Notes under the pieces: generated by a model
Database searches by the model: none
What the model was told of the DNA's origin: nothing
What the model saw: the letters and a program-made list of their open reading frames with translations, nothing else
Shown: positions 1 to 8,853 of the stretch, piece after piece
How positions within the stretch are numbered: the first letter of the stretch is position 1
Layout: every line of letters begins with the position of its first letter
Position numbers and translations under genes: made by a program
Assembly: GCA_965612795.1 (NCBI GenBank)
Contig: CBFDTI010000043.1
Coordinates: forward strand, 1-11,162
Source of the DNA: an uncultured bacterium
Lineage (GTDB): Bacteria; Hydrothermota; UBA3073; NMUJ01
Length of the DNA: 11,162 nt
Direction: 5' to 3'

Positions 1-327
1 ACGCAATATGCGGAGGTGCTTGTGGATAACGATCGCCATTTATTGAAACCCGGTATGTTTGCAGAGGTTGAGCTACTTATAGAGCGTCACGATAGTGCGA
101 TGGTGGTGCCACGTGATGCCGTGTTAGGTATAGGTGACAACCGCTACGTCTATATCGTACATGATGGTAAAGCTGTAAGGAGAGCCGTTAGGGTAGGGCT
201 TGAAACCCGTGAGCACGTTGAGATACTCGATGGCCTATCTGTGGGTGATTCATTGATCACAACAGGTGCAGCTGTTGTACATGAAGGTACGAAAGTTAAG
301 GTGGTTACCCACCAGGAGGCTAAATGA
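1..327 (+). CDS. RND efflux periplasmic adaptor (membrane fusion protein), C-terminal part; 5'-truncated by the window edge
   Basis: Frame is open from base 1 (TQYAEVLVDN...). LKPGMFAEV, VVPRDAV and V-x-VG...VEILDGLSVGDSLIT-G are typical of the MFP C-terminal region. The stop overlaps the permease start (ATGA 324-327). Confidence 0.92.
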   Translation, partial: TQYAEVLVDNDRHLLKPGMFAEVELLIERHDSAMVVPRDAVLGIGDNRYVYIVHDGKAVRRAVRVGLETREHVEILDGLSVGDSLITTGAAVVHEGTKVKVVTHQEAK

Positions 328-3300
328 TACGGTGGAGTGTCAACCATCCCGTAACAGTGACCGTAATATTCATACTGGTTGTAGTATTAGGTGCTATAAG
401 TTTGAGCAAGTTGGGGATAGAGTTCTTACCGAATATAACATTACCTACGATGATGGTTATCACCCCATACCCAGGAGCTGGTCCCGAGGATATAGAGCGT
501 GAGGTTACGAAAGTGCTCGAAGATGAGTTTTCTACAATAACTGGGCTCGATAAAATAGAGGCAGAGTCACGCGAAAATGTGTCAATCATAACACTAACGT
601 TCAAGTGGGGTACAGACTTAGATGCGGTTGCACCGGATGTTAGGGATAAGATCGACCTCGCCATGTCACATATGCCGGATGAAGTGGAGCATCCCGTTCT
701 ACTAAAGTTGAGTGCTTCACTTATGCCAATACTTTACATGGGGGTGGGTGCGAAGGAGAGTTATCCCTATTTGCATAAAATAGTCGAAGATGAGATCGCC
801 GACCCATTGCGAACCGTACCAGGTGTGGGTGCTGTCATAGTGTTGGGAGGGCTCGAACCCCAAGTAAATGTGTGGCTTGACAGGACACGTATGGATGCGT
901 ACAACCTGAACGTATTTCAGGTAGAGCAAGCCATAAAAGCCAGCAACTTGAGCTTACCTGCTGGCGAGATGAAGATAGGTACCCGTGAATATATGCTACG
1001 CATACCGGGTGAGGTCGAGGATATCGATGACATAGGTGATATAGTTGTAGGTAGCTACCGCGGTAATCCCATCCATCTGAGAGATATCGCCAACATAGAA
1101 TATGGCTATAAAGAGGTGACAGCAAATGCGAGGTTGGACCGTAAACCCGCTGTCAGCATAATTGTACAGAAGACACCTGCCGCACGTACTACTGAGGTGG
1201 TATCTAACATAAAGCGTAAGCTGGACGAGATAAAGCAGAAGTTGCCACCTGATGTCACACCCAAAGTGGTGATAGACTTTGCACAACCCACCAGACGTGC
1301 GATCAACAATCTTGCAACCACACTTATCTGGGGGGCGATATTCGTATCGCTTACGGTGTTGCTATTTTTGCGTAACCTTAGGGGTGCAACGATTGTGGGT
1401 ATAACGATGCCGCTGTCACTCATTATTGCGTTTGTACTACTGTATTTCGGTGGCTATACACTAAACATAATTTCGCTATCATCGCTCGCCATAGCGCTCG
1501 GTATGGTGGTGGATAACGCTATTGTGGTGTTTGAGAACATCTTCCGTCACCGTAACGAAGAACGCAAGGATGCAAAGGATAGCGCTATAAGGGGTGCAGC
1601 CGAGGTCGCTCGTGCAATAACAGCGTCCACACTTACTACGATTGCTATATTTGTGCCGATGCTGTTTGTACGTGGGTTGGTAGCGATCTTCTTCAAACAA
1701 CTTGCATTCTGTGTATCGATTGCGTTGATAGGGTCGCTGTTTACAGCACTTACACTTACACCGATGATGAGCTCACGCCTGTTACGTCCACAATCTGATG
1801 AACGTGGCACTATGGGACGATTTTACGTACGTACTGAGAGAGGGTTTGGGAGATTACAAACCCTATACCGTAGGGTGTTGGGATGGTCGATCTCACATAA
1901 CAAAGTTACATTATCCATTGTAGGGGCGATATTCTTTATAAGCTTGATATTCACAAGATTTATGGGCTCGGAACTGCTACCGGAGACCGACCGTGGTATT
2001 GTACAGGTGACGGTGAGGTTACCTGTGGGTACGAAGGTGGAACAAACTGACCAAATTATAAAAACTGTAGAAGATATGATTGTCAACACCGTACCTGAAC
2101 GTGTGGCTATGTTGACAGAGGATGGTGCAAGTGGTACACTTATTGAAGCGGTCCTCATGGAGGCAGGTAGCAACATTGGTAGGATAAATTTGATGCTGGT
2201 AGATAAGAACAGACGTAATCGTACATCACGTGAAATAGCCGAACAGCTACGTAAGGCTATCTTGCAGATACCGGGTGTGAAATCCGTAGATGTGAACACA
2301 GGCGGTATGGAGACACAATTCCTGGGTGGTCACCCGATAGAGATTGAGGTTTATGGTAAGGATCTCGATAAATTAATAGAAGTGGCCAACACCATAAGGA
2401 GTGAAGTGAGGCAAATCGAAGGTGTTGTAAGTACAGATTTATCGACACGTCCGGGTGTACCTGAGCTATGGATAAACATCAACAAGAAAAAAGCTGCCAG
2501 CGTGGGGCTATCGGTAGCACAGATAGGTGGTGTAATCCGTACACTATTCTATGGCAAAAAGGTAGGTGTATTCCGTAAGCATGGTGAGGAGTATGATATA
2601 TGGGTGAAGTTGAAAGAAGCTGACAGAAGATATTTGGATGATATTGAAGCCATAAAGATTATGACACCACAGGGTAAGCTCGTACCGTTAGCTACCATAG
2701 CGGATATAGAGTATAGGACAGGCCCTGTGAAGATAGATCACAAAAATAAGGAACGTGTGGTGAAGGTCTACATCGACGTACATGGACGTACTATGGGTGA
2801 AGTTGTACGCGACATAAGGCATACACTGGCGGGTATGGAGTTACCACCAGACGTAAGGGTTAAAATAGGTGGCGCCGCACAGGAACAGGCACGATCGTTC
2901 CGCGACCTCCGTACTATGCTGGTGATGGGCATATTCTTTGTGTTCCTCGTGATGGCAGCTGCGTTTGAATCGTTCAGCGATCCGTTCATCGTACTATTCT
3001 CTATACCGTTTGCGGCGACGGGGTTCGTTTTGGCGCTATTCTTTACAGGGTTACCGTTGTGTCTCACATCTTACATGGGGCTAATAATGCTGTCAGGTAT
3101 AGTGGTGAACAATGCCATCGTGCTTATCGATTACACTAACCAGTTACGTAGGAGAGGTATGAAGCTCAACGATGCGGTGCTGTTGGGTGGTATGCGTAGG
3201 TTACGGCCAGTACTTATGACAGCTATAACGACGATGTTGGGGCTCACACCGCTGGCGGTATCGCGTGGTGTTGGTAGTGAGATATGGAAGCCATTTGCGG

Positions 3301-3389
3301 TAGGTGTGATAGGTGGGTTGTTTGTATCAACAGCAATCACATTGATCATCGTACCTGTATTATACACGATTTTCAAACGATGTGCGTAA
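324..3389 (+). CDS. RND efflux transporter permease, AcrB/AcrD/AcrF family
   Basis: 1021 aa with an N-terminal TM, then YPGAGPEDIEREVT, two large periplasmic loops, TM4 GMVVDNAIVVFENI, TM10 GIVVNNAIVLID and RLRPVLMTA. AGGAGG SD at 314-319. Confidence 0.97.
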   Translation: MIRWSVNHPVTVTVIFILVVVLGAISLSKLGIEFLPNITLPTMMVITPYPGAGPEDIEREVTKVLEDEFSTITGLDKIEAESRENVSIITLTFKWGTDLDAVAPDVRDKIDLAMSHMPDEVEHPVLLKLSASLMPILYMGVGAKESYPYLHKIVEDEIADPLRTVPGVGAVIVLGGLEPQVNVWLDRTRMDAYNLNVFQVEQAIKASNLSLPAGEMKIGTREYMLRIPGEVEDIDDIGDIVVGSYRGNPIHLRDIANIEYGYKEVTANARLDRKPAVSIIVQKTPAARTTEVVSNIKRKLDEIKQKLPPDVTPKVVIDFAQPTRRAINNLATTLIWGAIFVSLTVLLFLRNLRGATIVGITMPLSLIIAFVLLYFGGYTLNIISLSSLAIALGMVVDNAIVVFENIFRHRNEERKDAKDSAIRGAAEVARAITASTLTTIAIFVPMLFVRGLVAIFFKQLAFCVSIALIGSLFTALTLTPMMSSRLLRPQSDERGTMGRFYVRTERGFGRLQTLYRRVLGWSISHNKVTLSIVGAIFFISLIFTRFMGSELLPETDRGIVQVTVRLPVGTKVEQTDQIIKTVEDMIVNTVPERVAMLTEDGASGTLIEAVLMEAGSNIGRINLMLVDKNRRNRTSREIAEQLRKAILQIPGVKSVDVNTGGMETQFLGGHPIEIEVYGKDLDKLIEVANTIRSEVRQIEGVVSTDLSTRPGVPELWININKKKAASVGLSVAQIGGVIRTLFYGKKVGVFRKHGEEYDIWVKLKEADRRYLDDIEAIKIMTPQGKLVPLATIADIEYRTGPVKIDHKNKERVVKVYIDVHGRTMGEVVRDIRHTLAGMELPPDVRVKIGGAAQEQARSFRDLRTMLVMGIFFVFLVMAAAFESFSDPFIVLFSIPFAATGFVLALFFTGLPLCLTSYMGLIMLSGIVVNNAIVLIDYTNQLRRRGMKLNDAVLLGGMRRLRPVLMTAITTMLGLTPLAVSRGVGSEIWKPFAVGVIGGLFVSTAITLIIVPVLYTIFKRCA

Positions 3390-3397
3390 GCTAACAG

Positions 3398-3444
3398 TTG
3401 CGTTTGGGCTAAATTTATACATAATTTACTAATAACAGGAGGTT
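3398..3444 (+). promoter_or_regulatory. Possible sigma70-type promoter plus SD for the dehydrogenase gene
   Basis: AT-rich intergenic stretch with TTGCGT (3398-3403) and CATAAT (3420-3425) or TAATTT (3422-3427). Clear AGGAGG at 3437-3442 before ATG 3447. Confidence 0.45.
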
Positions 3445-3446
3445 GT

Positions 3447-4541
3447 ATGGCAAAGTATAGGATTGCGTGGTTACCAGGTGACGGTGTTGGCAACGATGTA
3501 CTCGACGCTGTGAGGATAGTGTTGGATGCGGTTGGGTTTGATGCCGAGTATATACCTGGTGATATAGGGTGGAAGTTCTGGTGCACCGAAGGTGATGCGC
3601 TACCCGCACGTACTGTGGAGATGATGAAGACTACCGATGCAGCGATGTTTGGTGCAATAACGTCTAAACCACAGGATGTGGCAGAACAGGAGCTGGCACC
3701 CCACCTACGAGGTAGGGGGTTGAAGTATCGTAGCCCGATAGTGAGGTTACGACAGATGTTCGACCTCTACATAAATTTGCGCCCCGAGAGAGCATTTCCT
3801 GGCAACCCACTCAACTATCGTGACGATATCGATATCGTTATATTTCGTGAAAACACCGAGGACCTATACTCAGGGGTTGAATTCTACCCTGTACCGGAGG
3901 AGATGTTCAACCTTCCTGGTATGGACAAAGTTTCACGTGATGCCGCTATATCACTTAAGATCAACACACCCCGTGGTTGCAGACGTATCATACGTGCAGC
4001 TTTCGAATACGCACGTAGGTATGGTCGCAAGAAGGTGACCGCCGTACATAAAGCTAACGTGGTACGTGCTACGGATGGGTTGTTCCTGTCGATCGCTAAG
4101 GAGATAGCGCAAGAGTATCCTGAAATAGAGTTTGATGATGCAAACGTCGACTCTTTCTGCATGTGGGTGTTGAAAAACCCTGACAGGTTCGATGTGGTGG
4201 TAGCACCCAACCTTTACGGTGACATAATATCGGATCTGGTGTCACAGATGGTGGGTGGGTTGGGGTTTGCTGCCAGCGGCAATATAGGTGATAACTATGC
4301 GCTATTCGAACCCGTACATGGGTCGGCACCCAAATATGCAGGTCAGTATAAGGTTAACCCCATAGCTGCTATACTGGCGAGTAAGATGATGCTTGATTGG
4401 CTTGGTGAGGCCGAGCTTGCGGATAAGATCTACAAAGCTGTAGAGGCGATAGTCGCCGAGGGTAAGGTACGTACGTATGATATGGGTGGCGATGCCTCTA
4501 CACTTGATATGGCGGAAGCTATTGCAAGTAAAATCAAGTAG
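3447..4541 (+). CDS. Isocitrate/isopropylmalate (beta-decarboxylating) dehydrogenase family; homoisocitrate/isocitrate dehydrogenase-like
   Basis: Motifs LPGDGVG, LRQMFDLYINLRP, FRENTEDLY, VHKANV, PNLYGDIISD, FEPVHGSAP and TYDMGG. Strong SD. Substrate cannot be fixed from motifs alone. Confidence 0.93.
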   Translation: MAKYRIAWLPGDGVGNDVLDAVRIVLDAVGFDAEYIPGDIGWKFWCTEGDALPARTVEMMKTTDAAMFGAITSKPQDVAEQELAPHLRGRGLKYRSPIVRLRQMFDLYINLRPERAFPGNPLNYRDDIDIVIFRENTEDLYSGVEFYPVPEEMFNLPGMDKVSRDAAISLKINTPRGCRRIIRAAFEYARRYGRKKVTAVHKANVVRATDGLFLSIAKEIAQEYPEIEFDDANVDSFCMWVLKNPDRFDVVVAPNLYGDIISDLVSQMVGGLGFAASGNIGDNYALFEPVHGSAPKYAGQYKVNPIAAILASKMMLDWLGEAELADKIYKAVEAIVAEGKVRTYDMGGDASTLDMAEAIASKIK

Positions 4542-4547
4542 ATAGCC

Positions 4548-5807
4548 ATGGGTAAGACAATAGCTGAGAAGATATTAGCTAAAAAGGCTGATAGAAAAGA
4601 TGTACAGCCTGGTGAAATAGTCACGTGTAGGGTAGATCTCGCCATGTCACACGAAAATGCACGCCTGGTGATGCGACATTTCGATAAGATAGGTGTGGAC
4701 AAGGTATGGGATCCAGACCGTATTGTGATAATATTCGACCATCGTGTACCTGCGGAGTCGGAGATAACCGCTATCGGCCAGAAAGAGATACGTGAGTTCA
4801 TTAAATCACAGGGTATCAAACATTTCTACGATATCAACGTAGGTATATGTCATCAGGTGCTGGCGGAGAAAGGGTTTTCACGACCTGGTATACTGCTTGT
4901 GGGGACGGATTCACATACCACAACGGCGGGTGCGTTTGGTGCGTTCGCAACTGGTGTGGGTGCCACAGATATGGCAGCAGTATGGGCGACGGGTGAGATC
5001 TGGTTACGTGTACCGGAGACGATAAAGATTGTGGTTAATGGTGAGCTACCCACTGGCGTATATGCGAAAGATGTCATCTTACATATCATCGGTAAGTTAG
5101 GTGCAGACGGTGCAGATTATAAAGCGGTTGAGTTCTATGGTGAGACCATCACCCGCATGTCGGTGGCATCAAGGATGGTGATGTCAAACCTATCGATGGA
5201 GATGGGTGCCAAAGCTGCAATCATACCACCAGATGATAAGACGTTGGAATACGTCAAATCGCGTACAAGCTGGGATTATGAACCCATATATGCGGATGAT
5301 GATGCACAGTATATAGAAACATATGAGTTTGATGTCTCCAACCTATCACCACAGGTGGCATGTCCACACAGTGTTGACAATGTGAAACCCATCGAGGAGG
5401 TTGAAGGCATAAAGGTTGACCAAGCCGTCATCGGTTCATGTACAAACGGTAGGTTAGAGGATCTGATCGAAGCTGCCAAAATTTTGAGCACCCGGCACGT
5501 GCATAAGGATGTGCGACTTATAGTTATACCTGCATCGTGGGAGGTCTACAGGAAGGCATTAAAGCAGGGTATAATTGAAGCATTCATCAACGCCGGTGCG
5601 GTGATAATCAACCCCGGCTGTGGACCATGTCTCGGTGCACATCAAGGTGTGCTCGCACCCGGTGAGGTAGCTATAGCATCGACTAACCGCAACTTCCAAG
5701 GTAGGATGGGTAGCCCGGACTCGTTCGTCTATCTCGCATCACCAGCAACTGTTGCAGCTTCTGCAGTCGAAGGTAAGATCGCCGACCCGAGGCGCTTGCT
5801 ACGGTAG
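4548..5807 (+). CDS. leuC: 3-isopropylmalate dehydratase / homoaconitase large subunit (short LeuC/HacA type, aconitase family)
   Basis: 419 aa with KTIAEKIL, FDH, GICHQ, GTDSHT, EMGAK, the [4Fe-4S] ligand motifs IGSCTNGR and PGCGPCLG, STNRNFQGRMG and YLASPATVAASA. The symbol marks the family; it may be hacA or an aconitase-like paralogue. Confidence 0.92.
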   Translation: MGKTIAEKILAKKADRKDVQPGEIVTCRVDLAMSHENARLVMRHFDKIGVDKVWDPDRIVIIFDHRVPAESEITAIGQKEIREFIKSQGIKHFYDINVGICHQVLAEKGFSRPGILLVGTDSHTTTAGAFGAFATGVGATDMAAVWATGEIWLRVPETIKIVVNGELPTGVYAKDVILHIIGKLGADGADYKAVEFYGETITRMSVASRMVMSNLSMEMGAKAAIIPPDDKTLEYVKSRTSWDYEPIYADDDAQYIETYEFDVSNLSPQVACPHSVDNVKPIEEVEGIKVDQAVIGSCTNGRLEDLIEAAKILSTRHVHKDVRLIVIPASWEVYRKALKQGIIEAFINAGAVIINPGCGPCLGAHQGVLAPGEVAIASTNRNFQGRMGSPDSFVYLASPATVAASAVEGKIADPRRLLR

Positions 5808-5824
5808 CTACAATAGTTTTCAAG

Positions 5825-5856
5825 TTGACATCTTGCTCTAATAACGTATTTATTAA
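5825..5856 (+). promoter_or_regulatory. Putative promoter for tRNA-Leu and downstream genes
   Basis: Perfect TTGACA at 5825-5830, then AT-rich TATTTATTAA at 5847-5856, just upstream of the tRNA 5' end at 5861. The -10 register is ambiguous. Confidence 0.6.
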
Positions 5857-5860
5857 TAAC

Positions 5861-5946
5861 GCCGAAGTGGCGGAACTGGTAGACGCGCCTGATTCAAAAT
5901 CAGGTTCCCCGTGAGGGGAGTGGGGGTTCGACTCCCCCCTTCGGCA
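5861..5946 (+). tRNA. tRNA-Leu (anticodon CAA), long variable arm, CCA not encoded
   Basis: Acceptor GCCGAAG/CTTCGGC, D region GGCGGAACTGGTAGACGC, anticodon stem CCTGA/TCAGG with loop TTCAAAA, variable arm TCCCC-GTGA-GGGGA, T arm GGGGG-TTCGACT-CCCCC, discriminator A5946 followed by CTC. Confidence 0.97.
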
Positions 5947-5952
5947 CTCATC

Positions 5953-6249
5953 ATGCGGTACTTTGCGATAGCATGGGTGATCGTATGGATTGCGGGTATA
6001 GTGGGTGTACTGTTGAGCAATCAAGGTGACAGTGTAAGTTGGTTCTTTCTAAACCGTACCGGTAAGATAGGCTTGATACCGCTTATACTTATGGCGTTCG
6101 GTGTGGGTGTTGCCATCGCTATATTGCTGAGTATAGGGCCACTCGTTAAGCTACATAATGTATATCGTAACAAACGTAAGGAACATGAAGACCTTGCAAG
6201 AGAGGCCAAGAGTTTGAGAGATGAGGTTGAGAAGACAACCGAAAGTTGA
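5953..6249 (+). CDS. lapA: LapA-like (DUF1049-type) small membrane protein
   Basis: 98 aa from ATG 5953 (the track start at 5911 lies inside the tRNA). Two hydrophobic helices flank an NQ-x-x-S-V-x-x-x-F loop, followed by a charged coiled-coil tail. Lies directly upstream of a lapB-like gene. Confidence 0.72.
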   Translation: MRYFAIAWVIVWIAGIVGVLLSNQGDSVSWFFLNRTGKIGLIPLILMAFGVGVAIAILLSIGPLVKLHNVYRNKRKEHEDLAREAKSLRDEVEKTTES

Positions 6250-7258
6250 GTACAAGGACCTGCTGTTGGCGGAATCCCCCACGGAATTGGAACGCCTTCT
6301 GCGTGAGTATCTTGAGGCACATCCCAACGATATATGGGTCTACCTTAAGCTTGGCAACCTATTACGTGAGAAAGGTGAACCCCAAAAGGCGTTGCGGTTA
6401 CATCAGACGTTGCTCGCAAAACCGAAGCTCGACCGTACCACCAAGGTTAAGGTACTAAAAGCTATTGCACGTGATTACATTGAGCTAGGTAAAACCGAGG
6501 ATGCAGCTAAGACCTACGAACAGATAGTAAGTATAATTCCTGAACGTTCAACCTATGAGGAGTTGCTACGATTATATGAGAGTGTGGGGGATTGGGATAA
6601 AGCTATCGATGTGAAGAACAAGTTGTTACGGCTGGATAAAAAGTCGGAGGATCGTCACCTCGCTATTCTCTATACAATGAAGGCATACTCGTTAGCGGAC
6701 GAGATGCCAGCCAAGGAGCGTGAAGCTGAGAGATACCTCAAGATGGCCGAAAAGATATATCCGGATTCGCCGCTCATCCTATACGTTAGGGGTGAACTAC
6801 ACATGAAAAGCGGTCGTAACGAGCTTGCAGTTGATGCATGGAAACAATTACTCATGGAGCATACAGACTATGCGTATCTGGTGCTAGATAAGCTCGAGGA
6901 CTTACTATTCAAGGAGGGGCGGTTCAGTGAACTTGAACTCATATATGAGGATACACTCAAAGTAGCACGTAACCCACACGTAATTGCACACCTTATACAT
7001 ATTCTCTTATCAAAAGGTGAGAAATCACGTGCAATGGAGTATCTGGACGAACTTATATCAAGTTATGGCGAATCTGACGGGTTACGTAGTTTAAAATATC
7101 TGCTACATATAGAGGCGAACGATCTCGAAACAGTACGTGATGAGTTACGGGCACGTGGCTCACCGTTTCTACCTTATAAATGTGAGAACTGTGGTTATGA
7201 AAGCACAATGTCGCTCATGCAATGTCCTAACTGTCGTAGCTGGTTATCGTTCAGATAG
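6221..7258 (+). CDS. lapB: LapB/YciM-like TPR protein with C-terminal rubredoxin-type metal-binding motif
   Basis: LKLGNLLREKGEPQKALRLHQTLL resembles the LapB motif LTLGNLFRSRGEVDRAIRIHQ. Several TPR-like helices (LYESVGDWDKAI). C-terminus YKCENCGY...CPNCRSW. Overlaps lapA-like by 29 nt. Confidence 0.85.
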   Translation: MRLRRQPKVEYKDLLLAESPTELERLLREYLEAHPNDIWVYLKLGNLLREKGEPQKALRLHQTLLAKPKLDRTTKVKVLKAIARDYIELGKTEDAAKTYEQIVSIIPERSTYEELLRLYESVGDWDKAIDVKNKLLRLDKKSEDRHLAILYTMKAYSLADEMPAKEREAERYLKMAEKIYPDSPLILYVRGELHMKSGRNELAVDAWKQLLMEHTDYAYLVLDKLEDLLFKEGRFSELELIYEDTLKVARNPHVIAHLIHILLSKGEKSRAMEYLDELISSYGESDGLRSLKYLLHIEANDLETVRDELRARGSPFLPYKCENCGYESTMSLMQCPNCRSWLSFR

Positions 7259-7285
7259 TTGACATATCACAGAGGGCTGTATATT
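7259..7285 (+). promoter_or_regulatory. Putative promoter for the lipoprotein/tRNA-Ala unit
   Basis: TTGACA at 7259-7264, immediately after the lapB stop. TATATT at 7280-7285 (15-bp spacer), or TATTTA at 7282-7287 (17-bp spacer). Confidence 0.6.
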
Positions 7286-7308
7286 TATGAGTAGGAATGG
7301 AGGGAAGA

Positions 7309-7650
7309 ATGAAAAAGATGGCAAGCTATCTGTTACTGGCGATCTTTTGTGTAGGGTTAGGATGTGCCACCGTTAAAGTTGAGGCACCCCAAAAGACTAA
7401 AATTGTCTTACTCGAGGAATTCGAAGGCAGTGATTATGTTATCAAGAAACGCGTATTTTATGCGTTGTGGGGGTTGGTTCCGTTGACACCAAACAGTACA
7501 GCGGAGATGCTACCCGCTGGTACAGAGATTGAAGCCATCAAAGTAAAAACTTATTACGATGTGGTAGACTTTTTGATCTCTTACGTATTGGGATCGTTCA
7601 CCATACACTCAAAAACTGTGGAAATAGAAGTAAAGAAGAAAACCGAATAA
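7309..7650 (+). CDS. Small lipoprotein, possibly Bor/Iss-like
   Basis: Likely start is ATG 7309, with SD GGAGG at 7299-7303. MKK plus a hydrophobic stretch and lipobox GLG-C. FYALWGLVP and the later hydrophobic segment followed by TIHSKTVEI resemble Bor-like lipoproteins; that family assignment is from memory and tentative. Confidence 0.7.
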   Translation: MKKMASYLLLAIFCVGLGCATVKVEAPQKTKIVLLEEFEGSDYVIKKRVFYALWGLVPLTPNSTAEMLPAGTEIEAIKVKTYYDVVDFLISYVLGSFTIHSKTVEIEVKKKTE

Positions 7651-7658
7651 CCGCAAGT

Positions 7659-7732
<74 letters not shown>

Positions 7733-7773
7733 TTTTATTTTATTGAAGTAATTACCGATCACCGATCAACCAC

Positions 7774-8853
7774 TCACAATCCTTTACGTAACGTAAGTTC
7801 TACGGTTTGGTCAATCTTATTCTGCAGGTAAGTGGGGAGGTTCTCAATCCTTGCGCTTAAGAATCCACTGATGATGAGCGACCTGGCAGTCTCTTCATCC
7901 AACCCACGTGCACGTAGGTAGGTTATCTCCTCCTCTTTGAGTTTACCGATGGATGCTTCATGTGATAACTCCGTATCGTCGATTTTTGCCTCAAGCACTG
8001 GTATCGCACGTATCGACCCCTTACCAAGGATTAGACCATTGCATTCGGTATGTCCACGTGTACCAGGTGCTATACCTACGACTTCACCACGTACGATGAC
8101 GGTACCATCTTCGGTTATCACCCTTGACAGTATCTGTGCATTGCTGTTGGCTCCATTGAGGAAGGCTCTTGCACCTATATCGAAGTGTGAGTGATCACGT
8201 GCGTAGATGATAGACGAAAATTGTGCAGTACCATTTTCAGCTATGTACGCGATGGGTGCCATCTGCACTTTACGGGTTGTAGTAAGTGCTACGTAGTTGT
8301 TGATAAACACGCTGTTACGACCGATGCTGGCGGCTGCACGTGGGATGACTACAACTTCGGGTGCCCATTCATGTATCATCGTGTAGCTGAGCTTGGCACC
8401 ATCATCTAGCCAAAACTCGGTGATCGCAAGATGCCCTCCCTTGATAAGGTAGCTCGCAATCGTGCAACCTGTGATTATGTGTAGCTCGGAGTTGGGTTCC
8501 ATCACCACCATATTGTAAACCCTTTGTGCAGTTTGTAGCTTCAGGTACATACATGCCTGTAGTGGTAACCGTATTTTGTACCCCTGTCTCACGTATATGA
8601 ATGCACCCTGCAGGGGTTGTGTGTTGAGTACAGCTTTAACGTAAGGGTCGTCACGTGACACGAGTGTACCTATCTTCTTTTCCACCCATTTGTACTTTTT
8701 GATTGCTTCACTTATGGGTAACAGTTCCAGCCCCTCATATAAGCTGAGGCTTTCAATAATGGATTGGTTTTCCATGAGGAAGCTACCGCTTCTCTCGTGT
8801 TTATCGGGGTCGTATCCAACACGTATAAGTTGCTCACTATCTTCTTTTTTCAT
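7774..8853 (-). CDS. sufB: SufB/SufD-family Fe-S assembly protein (SmsB-type)
   Basis: [15 protein letters not shown], beta-helix-like repeats, [17 protein letters not shown] and the SufBD C-terminus [37 protein letters not shown]. Confidence 0.92.
   Translation of the reverse strand: [359 protein letters not shown]

Noticed and set aside
1500..3240. RND proton-relay variants (VDN instead of VDD; VNN instead of the AcrB lysine)
   Set aside because: These variants are common in a large subgroup of AcrB-family permeases and are not evidence of a defect or novelty.
3447..5946. Leucine regulatory unit (leuB, leuC, tRNA-Leu; attenuator or T-box)
   Set aside because: The upstream gap is only 57 bp with no leader peptide or T-box. 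The dehydrogenase motifs argue against true LeuB, and the tRNA has its own promoter candidate.
5911..5952. ORF-track N-terminal extension of lapA (5911 start)
   Set aside because: It lies inside the tRNA-Leu gene. ATG 5953 begins the hydrophobic LapA-like helix.
5683..6024. 113-aa minus-strand ORF containing CRRGESNPH...PDFESGASTSSATSA
   Set aside because: This is the classic antisense-translation artefact of a tRNA-Leu gene.
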